A program made the translations under genes and the position numbers. A stretch of 64,000 nt of DNA, taken from NCBI GenBank assembly GCA_002104945.1, contig MCFH01000038.1:62001-126000 (forward strand). The letters run 5' to 3'. The DNA is from Piromyces finnis finn. Lineage: Eukaryota; Fungi; Neocallimastigomycota. Of this stretch, positions 50,502 to 63,381 are shown piece after piece. Position 1 is the first letter of the stretch. Every line of letters begins with the position of its first letter. The notes under the pieces are model-generated. The model was given only the letters and a program-made list of their open reading frames with translations. It was not told the DNA's origin and did no database searches.

Positions 50502-51356
50502 ATGACTGAAAATAAAAACAATTTTGAAAGAGCCGCTAGTATGGCTAAAGAAATAAGCCCTCTTGGCAAGAAAGATACTAAGTTCTTCAGATGGAAAATG
50601 GAACTTGAAGATATCTTAGAAGACTTAGCTCTTTCTGAAAAAGAAAAGAAGAGAATTGCTTTGCTTGCTACTACCGGTAACTCAAAGGATCTTTGTAGTG
50701 ATATTTATTATGAAGATAGATCCCTATCTTATAATGAATTTATCAATAAAATATCTAACTTATTTGAGGATGATAAAACCTCTAATAGAAACCTAAATAA
50801 GTTAGAAAAAATAAAAGTAAACAAAAGCTCTGTTAGAGAATTTAACCGTTCTTTTAACGACCTTTTGAAAGAAATTAAAGAAAGGGACAAGCCTTCTGAA
50901 GAAAGACTTGTTTTTCTTTATACAAAAGCTTTTAATAGGAGAACTTCTATATTAAATTCTCTTATTAACAAACAACCAAAAACTTTAAAGGATGCTATGG
51001 TCATTGCTATTAAAGCAGATGAGCTTCTATCTGCTTATGAAAGTGATGATGAATATGTACCCAATAAAAGAACTCAAAACAAAAATAATTATTATAAGAG
51101 AAAAATAGAAGTTGAAGATAAAACCTCTTATAATAATAACGAAAATAATAGTAGTACTGATAATGAAAAGACTACTAAAGAAGAAGCTAAAGAATCAGAT
51201 CTGGATGCTTTGACCAAAAGCTTTGCCCAGATGAAAGTTCATATCTGCCACCGTTGTAACCAGAAAGGACATGATGCCCGCTTCTGCCCAAACGAAATGA
51301 CCGATGTGAACAAAATCATAGCTACCCTCCTCAAAACCCAAAACCATTTAAATTAA
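50502..51356 (+). CDS. Gag with CCHC zinc knuckle
   Basis: CHRCNQKGHDARFC; retrotransposon gag motif PKTLKDAMVIAIKAD. Confidence 0.88.
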   Translation: MTENKNNFERAASMAKEISPLGKKDTKFFRWKMELEDILEDLALSEKEKKRIALLATTGNSKDLCSDIYYEDRSLSYNEFINKISNLFEDDKTSNRNLNKLEKIKVNKSSVREFNRSFNDLLKEIKERDKPSEERLVFLYTKAFNRRTSILNSLINKQPKTLKDAMVIAIKADELLSAYESDDEYVPNKRTQNKNNYYKRKIEVEDKTSYNNNENNSSTDNEKTTKEEAKESDLDALTKSFAQMKVHICHRCNQKGHDARFCPNEMTDVNKIIATLLKTQNHLN

Positions 51357-51382
51357 ATGGGGGAAGTTCTCAATCTTCCCCT
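51347..51382 (+). promoter_or_regulatory. -1 frameshift signal (T TTA AAT + GC hairpin)
   Basis: Heptamer 51347-51353 in the gag frame before TAA; stem ggggaag (51360-51366)/cttcccc (51375-51381); the -1 frame is open into ORF 51515-53344. Confidence 0.82.
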
Positions 51383-51514
51383 TCTAACTCCAAAATTGAT
51401 AATAACCAAACCCACAACATCAACAACATTAATGAGCAAATCTATGTTGATGATACACGTGATTTCCATAAAACAAAAAAATTTCCAAATTCTAAAGAAA
51501 AATTCTCTAACCCT

Positions 51515-53344
51515 TTGGTGGATGATCCAATCAATGAAGATGATAAGGATTACGTTACACGTGATCACGTGACAAATACAGTCGATGATAAGGACATCGA
51601 AAACCTTATTTATGCATTCAAGAGAAAAAGTTCTGAAGAAAGTGATGAAAGTGATGATGAGGATCACGTGACTCAGTCGAAGAAAAAGAAACTTCGAGAA
51701 AATCCATTACCAATACACACAAAGGCCACTCAGATGAAAGAACAGCAAGAAATTCGTAATGAGAAAAATTCAAATTTTCATACCACTACTTCCCGCCTAG
51801 ACATCTTAGACCCCTCGGTAATTGCAGGCAAGAACATTTCCTCTGCTAAGATGAAAAATAAAGAAACCAGAAATAAAAGAAGAATTGGTCCAGATATACC
51901 AAGTAAACAGGACGAATTAGAAGAAGTTATAGATAGCAAAAAGTCTCCCAAAAGCAACTATTATGACTTCCTACGTTCTATTGTCATGTTGGGCAAAAAT
52001 AAAGAATATAATATTTTTGATGCCCTTAATAATACAAATGCTGGTATCTCTTTTGCACAATTGCTTGCAGTCAGTCCTATCATCAGAAGACTTTGTGCCA
52101 AAGGTTTAAAGCTTGATCCAAATGACGTTCGGAAAATAAACGCCATTCAAAATATGGATCTTAATGATGATGATATTAATTCATTTATTAATATCATTAA
52201 TGAAAATTATAATAATAAAAATAATGAAAACAATGATGATGCTGATAATGACAATGATGATGATATTATCAATATAGCAGATAACGAAATTAATGTCATT
52301 AATAAAATCAACATTGCTTCTGTCATTGGCTCAATTGATAATAACATTGTCCGAGTTTTAGTAGATACTGGTTCTGATGTTAATGTTATTACTAAATCCT
52401 TCTTTAATTTAATATCAGCAAATCATAATATTACACATTTTAAGAGAACTTTCTTTAAATTAGCTAGCAAACAAGTTATTTCAACAAATCAAGCTGTTAA
52501 TTTAACTCTTAAATTTGGTGATTTAAAAATCTATGCATTATTCTGGATTCTAGAAGATGAAGATTCATGTTATGATATTATATTAGGTCGTCAATCTCAA
52601 AAGAATCACCGATTATACATTGATCCTGATGATGACTCTCTCTACATGAAAACTAATTCATCTCCTATTATGGTTGCTCGTCCCTCAAATTTTAAACAAA
52701 ATAAAAATAATCTTTCAAATATTTCAATGATTCATTGTTTCAATCCATCAAATATTAATGAATCTCAATTTAATTCATTTAATAATAATATCAAAATTCA
52801 AAATTTTAATTCGACTTTTAACAATAAAAACAAACTTTTATATTCAATTAAATTTCGACATTTATTCAAATTTAAAAATAAATATTTTTATCCAAAATAT
52901 CACATTTTTCATTCAAATTTCAGCAAATTTCCAAAAAGAATTAAAAACGATTCACTTATTAAATTTTCAATTAATAAGTCAAATCTTGTCGGCCGTGATG
53001 AAGCAGAAAAAACGCCAATTATTCACGAAAAATGCCACAAAATCAAGATATATAAAAATAAAAGTAAAATTCTAAAATATAATCATTTGAATATTAATAT
53101 TAACAGGAAATTAAAATCAAGAAAAAAGCGAAATAAACAAAATGATATAATCAAAAATTCATCAAATAATTCGTTTAAGAATATATATTTCAGTATAATA
53201 AAAAGTGTAAAAGAAAGTATTTCAAATTCAATTATTTTCAATCTAAAAGATTATATCAAATCAGTAACTTCAATTTTAAAACGACATTATTTCGACATAT
53301 TAAAATCAAAATTTCATCTATTTTCAAAGTTTAAAGAAAGATAA
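51515..53344 (+). CDS. Truncated Pol: acidic linker + aspartic protease + low-complexity tail (translated by frameshift from 51347)
   Basis: VRVLVDTGSDVNVI and YDIILGR protease motifs; no downstream RT. Confidence 0.85.
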   Translation: MVDDPINEDDKDYVTRDHVTNTVDDKDIENLIYAFKRKSSEESDESDDEDHVTQSKKKKLRENPLPIHTKATQMKEQQEIRNEKNSNFHTTTSRLDILDPSVIAGKNISSAKMKNKETRNKRRIGPDIPSKQDELEEVIDSKKSPKSNYYDFLRSIVMLGKNKEYNIFDALNNTNAGISFAQLLAVSPIIRRLCAKGLKLDPNDVRKINAIQNMDLNDDDINSFINIINENYNNKNNENNDDADNDNDDDIINIADNEINVINKINIASVIGSIDNNIVRVLVDTGSDVNVITKSFFNLISANHNITHFKRTFFKLASKQVISTNQAVNLTLKFGDLKIYALFWILEDEDSCYDIILGRQSQKNHRLYIDPDDDSLYMKTNSSPIMVARPSNFKQNKNNLSNISMIHCFNPSNINESQFNSFNNNIKIQNFNSTFNNKNKLLYSIKFRHLFKFKNKYFYPKYHIFHSNFSKFPKRIKNDSLIKFSINKSNLVGRDEAEKTPIIHEKCHKIKIYKNKSKILKYNHLNININRKLKSRKKRNKQNDIIKNSSNNSFKNIYFSIIKSVKESISNSIIFNLKDYIKSVTSILKRHYFDILKSKFHLFSKFKER

Positions 53345-54334
53345 AACCACATTAAACATTTATATACAAATAATACGACAATTACATTACAAAAATATAT
53401 AAAAACACAAAAATATTTACACTACGACATTTAACAAAATTTCACTTCATTTTTTTTTATTTCTCTTTGAAAAAAAATTTTATTAATAAAAATTTTCAAA
53501 TTTTTCATCATTTTTTTTATAAACCTTATTTTATATTATTTTTATCATATATATATATATATATATAGAAAAAAAAAAAATTTAAATTTTTAAATCTTTA
53601 GTATAAAAATATCAAAAACTTATATATTTATTATTATTTATGAATATTTTTATCAGCTACCACTAAGTCGTATCTTAGGGGAGGAAATCTTGATAAATAA
53701 TAATTATAAATATATTATACATTTGATATTAGTAGAAATTTTTATTATAAAATAATTATTAAATAATTTTATATAGTTTATTATAAAAATATAATTTACA
53801 TAAAATCAAATATTTTATAAATTTATATATTTGATTGGGTTAAATTATAAAAATAATTTTTATTATAAAGAATAATAATATTTTTTAGTAGAAAATAAGA
53901 AGACTTAGATTACTAATAATAAGTTAAATTTTAATAATAGTTAATATAATTAATTAGTGAATACATAATAATATTTAAAAGACAAAAATAAGTTTTTATA
54001 TAATAAAAATTATTGTTAAAAAGAGCGTAAGAACAATAAATAAAAGAAAATATAAAAACGAAATTAAACTTGTCTAATTTGTAATTATTGTGTTAATAAT
54101 AAATAATATTTTATAGAATAAATCTGGTGTTATTATTCTATATAAATATTATTAAATAATAAAACTATAAATATTATAAAATATTATAAAATAAATTAAA
54201 ATAAATAATAAAACAAGTAGATATTGTTAAAGCTCGTACAATAGCTGTCGAGATAAAACAATATAAGGTAACGAATAAGTAGTTTAAAAAGTTGTAATAT
54301 AACTACCAATCCGTTATCACAAGATTAACAAGTT

Positions 54335-54406
54335 GCCTGTTTGGCTTAGTGGTAGAGCGTCGCTCTTGTAAAGCGAAGGTCGGTGGTTCAATTCCGTCAA
54401 TAGGCA
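54335..54406 (+). tRNA. tRNA-Thr(UGU)
   Basis: Cloverleaf: acceptor GCCTGTT/AATAGGC, D-arm GCTTAGTGGTAGAGC, anticodon stem TCGCT/AGCGA with loop CTTGTAA, T-loop TTCAATT, downstream T run. Confidence 0.93.
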
Positions 54407-54641
54407 ATTATTTTCATATAATTTTTACTACTCAAGTAATAAAAATAATTGCATTAATTTTTATTATATTTATAAAAAATTTTATTATATTTTATATTAT
54501 TTAAAATTCTAAGTTTGATAAATTTTAAATAATCCAAATAATTTAAAAACATATTTTATGAATATCATAAAATTTTTTTTTTTTTTTTTTGTATAGAAAA
54601 TGACTGTAAAATATTAATAACATATAAAAGAATAAATAAAA

Positions 54642-55224
54642 ATGTTATTTAACAAAAACATGGATAAAATCTTTTATATTTTATGTATTATTTATATAGT
54701 TTTCCATATTAATGCTAAAGAAATTGTGGTTAGAAATAAAGATGAGAATTTTAAAAATTTACAAAAAGTAGTTAATAATAATCAAAATGATAAAGAATTA
54801 ATAGTGAGATTTATTGATCCAGAATATGATATGTATGATGAAGAATACATGCAATTTGATTGTGAATTTACCATTTTAACTAATGTAACATTCATAGGAA
54901 ATACAAATGGAACTGTATTTAATTATAAAGGAGATAAACGTGGAAGAATGAAATTTATATTTATTAATAGTACTAATTATAGAAATAAAGTAATAGTTAA
55001 AAATATTGCCTTTAAAGATTATGAACAGAGTAATTACCTTGTAGAAGGTGTTGGATTACATAGAATAGTAACTCATACTGATAATTTTCAATGTATTTTT
55101 GAAAATTGTATCTTTGATAACGCAAAACAGGCTCTTTTTTTCATTAGAAACGATTTATGCTCTAAACCATTATCAGAAGAATCTTACGTTTTATTCAATA
55201 ATTGTATTTTCAAGTAATATTAAT

Positions 55225-55261
<37 letters not shown>

Positions 55262-56073
55262 GAAATAATAACATTGAATATTTTATTTTTTATATAGCTA
55301 AAATAATTAATATTAATCATTATTATTATATTATTTTCAAAAAATATTTATATTATAAAATAATAAATTTAAAAGCAATAATTATGAAAGAGTAATTAAA
55401 AGTGAAGTTCAAAATACTAATGAAATGTTTGATCTTCAAAAATGCCTATATATAAATATTAATAATAGTCAATTCATTAATAATAGAGGATTGTTTTTTA
55501 TTAATAATTCTTATGTCACGATTAATAATTGTTAGTTCTCCTAATTTAAAAATTTAGAAAACCATATATCACATAAAGTACATTTAATAAATATTAATTA
55601 TAATATTAAATATTATATTAATTATTTAAAGGTACATTTTCTGGTATAGAAAAAGACTCTGATTTTAGTATGAAAAGTGCCTTTTATCATGCGGATTTGA
55701 GTTCAAACTATTTCATTATTAGAAATTCTTTATTTAAAAATATTTATATAAAAACATCTTATCCATTAATTGATGCAAATGAATTAAGATTAACGTAATA
55801 ATTAATACTATTAAAAACGAAATATATTTATGGAATAATTAATAATTTTACATACTTTTTACAATTAACATAAAATTTATATCAAAAGAATAGAAAATAC
55901 AACTTTTCAAGATTGCTTTTCAGATTATAGTTATTTATTTGATTTGAGAACGACAAAAGAACCAGTTGTATTAAAAAATACAACATTCATTAGTAAATAT
56001 GACAATTCAAATTTCAATAAAATTATTTTTATATAATTTTATTTATATATAATTATATTTATAATAACTATTC

Positions 56074-56105
<32 letters not shown>

Positions 56106-59100
56106 TGAAAATAATAACAAATAATATATAAAAAAGATACATGTACTATATTTACAGGACATTCGAATGATTTTATAATCTCAAATTCAAATTTCTACAA
56201 TATTACAAATATAAATAATTATCCTGCTATTTCTAATTCAAAGTATTCAAATTATGAAATATCTAATGCGAATTTCAAATATTTCAAGTATTATTAAATA
56301 TTATAGTAATATTAATTTAAATTAATTAATATGCCAATAATTTTCATAATAAAATGTAATATATCATGTTTTTATTTTATGTAATAATAGTCTTGTTAGT
56401 AGCTTATTTAATGAAGAATCATCATTCAATTTTACAAATATAATAATGGATGAAATTGTAACTAGTTCTAAAGCTTTATTACACTTTTCCTTCAATAATG
56501 TAACTGTTAGTAATTTAGAAGTAAAAAATATAGCATGTATTGGATATGATACATCATTTATTATATTTGAAGCAGGAATGAGCGAATATCAAAAAAACTT
56601 AACTCTTAATAATATAAATATTAAGGATTCGAAATCAAATGGCCCCTTTATTAAGCTAGTTGGAAATAAAATTAATTTTTCTTTATATAATTCCAAATTT
56701 TATAAAATACTTTCATACGGTTCCATAATTCAAAATGTTTCATTAAAGGTAGCATTTTTATAATAATAGAGTTATCATATAAACATTATATTAATTATAT
56801 ATATATTAACATAAGCATCTCTCTTAATTTATTTATTATTGTCTATAAATTATTGAATTATAGACAAATAATTCAATTTTTAATACTATATTTGAAGCAA
56901 ATATAAACAGCAACAAACATAATTGTGGATGTATTCAATTTAATTATGATATAAATCTTCACATTTTCAATTCAACGTTTATGAAAAATAAAATAAAAAG
57001 TGATGGTGGTGCGATGTAAATATTTAATATTGACAGCAAAGCAATAATAATAATAAATTTATTTTTCTATCATTTATATTTAATTTTTTTATCAATATTA
57101 TTTTTATAATAAATAATATTATTACTATTGATAGATGCATAAAAGATATATATGATATGGGACTAAATATTACTTCTAGTGTATTCGACGGAAATAATGC
57201 TTTTAATGGCGGTGCTCTTTTTTTAAAAGATGCAAAGGATATATCGATGGTCAATGAGGAGAATTTAAGATCAATTACATTTAATGATAATCTTTTTAAA
57301 AACAATGAAGCGGAAAATTTTGGAGGTGCTATTTATTCAGAATATAGCAGAATGTATACAGCTATTTCTAATAATGATCAAATTATTTATAATAAAGCAA
57401 AATATATGGGAGGAGGCATTTATTCACCTCAAAACGTAAATAAATGCGCTTTTACTAATATTGAAAATATTAATATAAATAATAACACAGTTAATTCATA
57501 TTATAATAACTATACATCAAAACCATCCTACGTTCTGTTAACTACTGTTCTAAGTAATAATCCGGTTGATCTCAAAAGTGGTGATTATTTTCCTTTATCT
57601 TTTACCCTATATGATGAGTTTGGAAAGATTATTGACGATACTACAATGTATTATTCTTCATTAAATTTAAAAATAACTTTAAAACCGAATAATGAAATTC
57701 AATACGAAAAACCAAATATTTATTTAAAAGGAAATGTCGGATCATTTGTAAACGGTAAATATATAAATATAAAAATAAGCAATTATAATAATTTTTAACT
57801 TTATCCATCAGTAATGTGTAAATATAGAAAAATACAATGATATTATACGTATTAAATTACTTTTATTTATCATTTTAGGAAAATGCAATTTAAAAAATTT
57901 TCAAATATATGCTACTCCCAATAATTATACATTAGAGATAACAATAGATGGTGATGATAATATTAATATTGATACAAGAATGAATTCAATCAAAGTTACA
58001 ATAAATAAATGTAATGACGAACAAATTACAATTTATGATAAAAAGAAATCCATATTTCACTGTGAAAAGCCTATATGTATAAATGATTGTTCAAATAATG
58101 AACTAAAAAATAATAATGTAATATGTAAAAAAGCTAGCAATGATATATATGTTAATGACAAATATCAAAATTATTGTGAATGCTTATCTGGTTGGACAGG
58201 AGATAACTGTCAAGAAAAAATATATACTGATTTTAAGTAAATTTTTTAATTATAAAATTATTGTTAAAATTAAAAATAATTATTTTTTTTTTATATTTAA
58301 ATAGCAACGTAATATTTTTAATATATTTTTTACTAACATTATCATTACTATTTAAAATATTTTTAATAATAATCATTCAGAGATATAAACAAACGTATAA
58401 AAGCTATGGTATATGCAATACTAATAATTTTAGCATTATATATTATGTTTATAACATTTTACCGTAATGAAGGAATAATTTCAGATTTTGGCATATTTAA
58501 ATTATTAATTTTTGTTTTTGGATTAATGACTTATTTCATAAGTAATTTATTCAGTACTTATATGAACTATACGGGATGCTCTATGCACTTTTTTTTAAGA
58601 CATGTTGGAATATCATTGATTATTACTATATTTTATATTATAATTGATATGAATCTTGAGCTAGGTATTAAACCCAATAATAATAATAATAGTATGAATT
58701 TTGAATTTAGTTCTGATAATGAAAATATCACTTCTGAAACTAGTTATGAAAATAATTATGAGAATAAAAATGTACCTAATTTTAATATAAATGTTTCCAA
58801 ACCTATAAATGCAAGTAGCATGAAGAAAATTATTCAATCAAGTATAAAAATAGAAAAAAGTAAATATGCCGAAATAATTTCCAATAATATTAGTGATAGT
58901 AATTTTCGTATTAGTAAAGACGATGATATTCAGCTTAATGAGTTTATAGTAAAAAAAATAAAAAAAGTTAGGTCATTACTTGTAGAGGCTATCTTCTATA
59001 ATATCTTAGTTATTATTTGTATTTTTATGATTATAATTTTAACATATAAAAAAAATATAACTTCAAAAGAAGAGAATTTCAAACAAAATGAAGATGGAAG

Positions 59101-59756
59101 TTTTTATTATAAATGTAAACTTAACAATTCAGATTTAATTTTAAATATTATAGAATTCTTTATATTTTTTTATATTCTTCTTAAAAGCAATGAATTAAAT
59201 AAGTACAACAACATATTTAAATGTATTTCATATATTAATTATTCTATCAGAATTGGAATTCTTATTGGCCCAATAATTAATGTAAATGAAATTGTTATAA
59301 ATATATATAAATTTAACCATTATAATTCAATTTTTAAAATTGAAATATTTATTTATATATATATATATATTTTAGATAATAAGTTATATAATTTTTGATA
59401 ACCAGTATAGTGCCAAAGTTATTTTCAATACATTAATTAATACAACATGCTATTTTTCAATTTTTATTGTTTTTTCGTTTAAGAATATATATCACATTTT
59501 AAATAAAAATGGAAACAAACCAGTAAAGTATTTCATTTATATTAGGCATTCTGAATGTGATATACATCATTCTACTACATGTGGATGTAAATTAAATATT
59601 ACAACGGAAGAGTTAAATGTAAATATTAGAAGATTAATTGATTTATATAAAGTCAGTTCTTTAATCTTTGAATTTATCGAGGGAAAAATTGTATACGTTA
59701 ACATGAAATCAAAAATAGAATTTATTAAATATAGTAGTTCAAATAATCTATATTAA
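54642..59756 (+). CDS. Class-C-like GPCR with beta-helix (pectin-lyase-like) ectodomain and EGF-like module, multi-exon; apparent 1-nt frameshift near 59396
   Basis: Signal peptide; repeated N..F..N.A..GGAL/GGAI; CECLSGWTGDNC; multiple TM segments; C-terminal ECDIHHSTTCGC. This architecture is known from anaerobic fungi. Confidence 0.8.
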
Positions 59757-60426
59757 ATATTAAAATGGATATAAAAGTTACTAATTATCAATAACAATAG
59801 TAATTTAATATCACAAATTTTTAAATTTTTTTTTAAAAAAAAAAAAAAACCAATAAAATTTTAAATATTTTAATATAATTAAAATATAAAAATTAAAACC
59901 ATTGCTTGCTATCTATTTGGAACAACCAAATTTTAAAGGATAATTAAAGTATATTTATTATATTATAATAAATAATATTTTTAGTTTTTTATGATTATTT
60001 TTATTGCTATTTGTTTTTATAACTATTAAAATTATAAAAACAAATATTTCTATTTTAAATTGTAAATTATAAAATATAATTTTAAGTAATATATTTATAT
60101 TGTTAAGAATAAAATGATCCATCTCATTCTTATATAATTAAATAAAAAAGTTTATTTTTTTCAAACTAATAATAATAAAAAAGGAAATTTACATATTAAA
60201 ATTTATAATTAATTTTATAATAAATGAATTTTAATTATTATTTTTTATATTTTTATTTTATTTTATTTTTTATTTTTTTTATTTTTACAACTTTTAAATT
60301 ATAAAGCAAAACAGTTTTACCATTTTATATCACTATCACTATATATAATAATATAATATATATATATATATAAAGAAGAAATATTTTTAATTTCAAAAGA
60401 AAAAGAAAATTTAAAAATAATTCAAA

Positions 60427-60618
60427 ATGAAGCTTATAAATTTTATGTACGCAGTAATTGTATTTTTATTATCCTACGTAGTATTTTCATATCCAATTAA
60501 GAAAAACAATACACTTATTAAAAGGGAATCTTGTTATAAGGAATATAAGACTGTATGGGAAAAGTATTATGAATTAGAAAAACTTATTGAACAAAACAAT
60601 GATAATAAAGATATATAA
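60427..60618 (+). CDS. Small secreted peptide precursor (signal + KR site)
   Basis: MKLINFMYAVIVFLLSYVVFS-YPIKKNNTLIKR-ESCY..; ATG preceded by aaa; coding-like composition in AT-rich flanks. Confidence 0.5.
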   Translation: MKLINFMYAVIVFLLSYVVFSYPIKKNNTLIKRESCYKEYKTVWEKYYELEKLIEQNNDNKDI

Positions 60619-60971
60619 ATTAAAAAGAATCTACTATTTAAAAATTGAGAAAAAATGATGCCAGTTAAAAAAAAATTAAACATATATATAAACATGAAAT
60701 TAATAATAGACGATGATATAAAAACATAATTATTAATTAATAAATGTAATTTTTTTTTAAATAAAAGTTCAAAAAAAAATTAATAAAAAAATATTATTAG
60801 TATAAAAAACAAATATATTGATAATAACAAGTTTTTTTCAGCAGACTCGATGTATTAATTGTACTGATTTCTTTTATTTATTAATTTAATTTAATATATG
60901 TATATAAATATTTTAAGGATTTTTTTTTTCTTTTCTTTTTTTAAAAAAATGAAAGCATAATTTATACATAG

Positions 60972-61115
<144 letters not shown>

Positions 61116-61881
61116 ATTGATTGATTAATTGATTTTATAAATATTTCGATTTAAAAAAAGAGAATATAAAATAACTGATAATACTATAATATACTATATT
61201 AATAATCGAGTTTTAGTATAATAATAATAATGAATAATAATATATTTTCTAATCGTTGAAAATTAACTAAATATACATGGTTTAATTAATTTCTTGAAAA
61301 AACTTTGTAATAATTTAATAATAATATTTTGGCTTCTTATTTCTATTTAATTATATATTAGAGTAGTATTATTATTCTTACATATATACTTTTTATGATA
61401 TTAATAAATTATATATTGAGGAAAAAAAAAAGTATAAAACTATTTTTATTTATAGTATTATTTACAAATTTTATTGTTAAATTTTCTAACTATGGTTTAT
61501 CCATCATTATGGCTTATTGATTGTGGCTTGCACACTATCATTTATTTTTATTTTATTTGGTAAAATATAAATTAAAAAATATATTATGAATGTTGAATAA
61601 ACTTTTTGAATTATAAATAGAAATTCAATTAAAGAATATAAAAGACTAATATCTAATAAAGTAATTTAGGTAAAAGAGAAGAATTCTTTTCATATTAAAT
61701 GTATATATATATATATATGTAGAAGAAGAATAAATTTATTGATTGTTTATATAATTTATATAGAAATCAAATAAATTTGTAATAATTTTATAATACTACT
61801 ACTACTACTAATAATAATAATAAAAATCAAAGCAACTTCTTTCAAATTAATACAAATAAAATACATAAATAATAAATTAAT

Positions 61882-62763
61882 ATGAGAAAAACTGGAAAAA
61901 AACAAGAACTTTCCTTTATTTTATTTATACCATTAATTATTATTCTCATTTTAATTATCGTTTTATTGGTGATATTAATAAAAAGAAAAAGTAATGCTTC
62001 TGAAGCAAGTATTAATAATCAAAATATACCCCAATGGCAAAGAAATATATTAAATAGAGCAGCAGCAGCAAATAATGCAAATAATATTAATGCAGATGAT
62101 AATAATAACAATAATAATCCAGTTGAAAATCTTAGAGGTATCTATTAATCAATATTAAGATATATAGGCATATAAAGTTATTAAATTACCACTATAAAAA
62201 TTAATAATAAAATAATTCAAAAAAAAAAAAATTCATTTTTTAATTATATATATATAATGTCTTGTAAAATACTATCTTTATTAATAAATTATAAAAGGGG
62301 AAGCAAGATTAAGACATGCTGAAGAAATTCGTCAAAGAGCATTAGCGAGAGCAGCAGCAGCTAGAGGAGGTATTAAATATTAAAAAGCAAATAATAACAA
62401 TGTTAATAATATGAATTTATTAAAAAAAAAGAGAGAGAGAGATTTATATCTAATTAATATTAAAAATTAATTATTATTTATTCAATAATCTTAAATCTTA
62501 ATTTGTAAATGAATGTAATATTTTATAATAAAGAGGCCATTAATAATATGGCTGATGTTTGTGATGAAAACGGAGAAATTATTGAGGGAGAAGAAGAAAA
62601 TCAAAATGAAGAAGTTCATATAAAAAAAATTGGTAAAAAAAAGGCAGAACATTTACGTAGAAAAGAGCAACGCCAACAATATATGCAGTGGGTTGAAGCT
62701 CAAAGACAAAACAAAAAAGAAAGAGAAAGATTAAAGGAAGAAGATGCTAGGTAATAAAAAAAT

Positions 62764-62805
<42 letters not shown>

Positions 62806-63350
62806 TAAATAATATATGGAAATAATTATAAGTGAAAATCATTTATATTTAAAAATAATATATTTTACAATAGAAAACGAAAAGCAAAAGAATTGAAAAG
62901 AATAGAAAGAGAAGAAGAAAGAATGATGAAAATAAAAGAACAACAACGTAAAAAAGAAGAAGAATTAAGAAAACAACAAGAAAAGCAAAGACAAGAAGAT
63001 GAAAATCGTCGTCAACGTATGATATCTCAAACGTCAGAAATAATATCCTATTTAGAAGTAACTATTTCTTCTTTCATTTTTAATTAATATCATTATATCA
63101 ATTTTTTCTTTTATTTTTTTATTAATATATTTTATTTTACTAATAAATGTATATAAATTCTGTTCTTGTCAAATCATTAAAATCAAATATTAATAGTCAA
63201 ACAGAACTGTTAGTATAGAAGCAGTTGCCTCACATTTTGACTTAAGAGTTAATGTAAATATTATAAAAATTAGTAAAGTGTAAAATATAACTTTCTTTAA
63301 AAAAAAAAGATTCGTAATTATAAATTAATTATAAATTATATAATTATTTC

Positions 63351-63381
<31 letters not shown>

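Larger units (their letters stand above)
49772..54319 (+). mobile_element. Non-autonomous Gypsy-type LTR element (gag + protease only), 4-bp TSD CAAG
   Basis: LTRs 49772-50401 and 53691-54319 (TGATAA...TTATCA); CAAG at 49768-49771 and 54320-54323; PBS, PPT aggggaggaaa (53677-53687); no RT/RNase H/IN motifs. Confidence 0.92.

Noticed and set aside
55520-55545. Premature stops (TAG, TAA) in the beta-helix GPCR
   Set aside because: They fall inside a GTTAGT...AG intron; splicing restores NNCTFSG.
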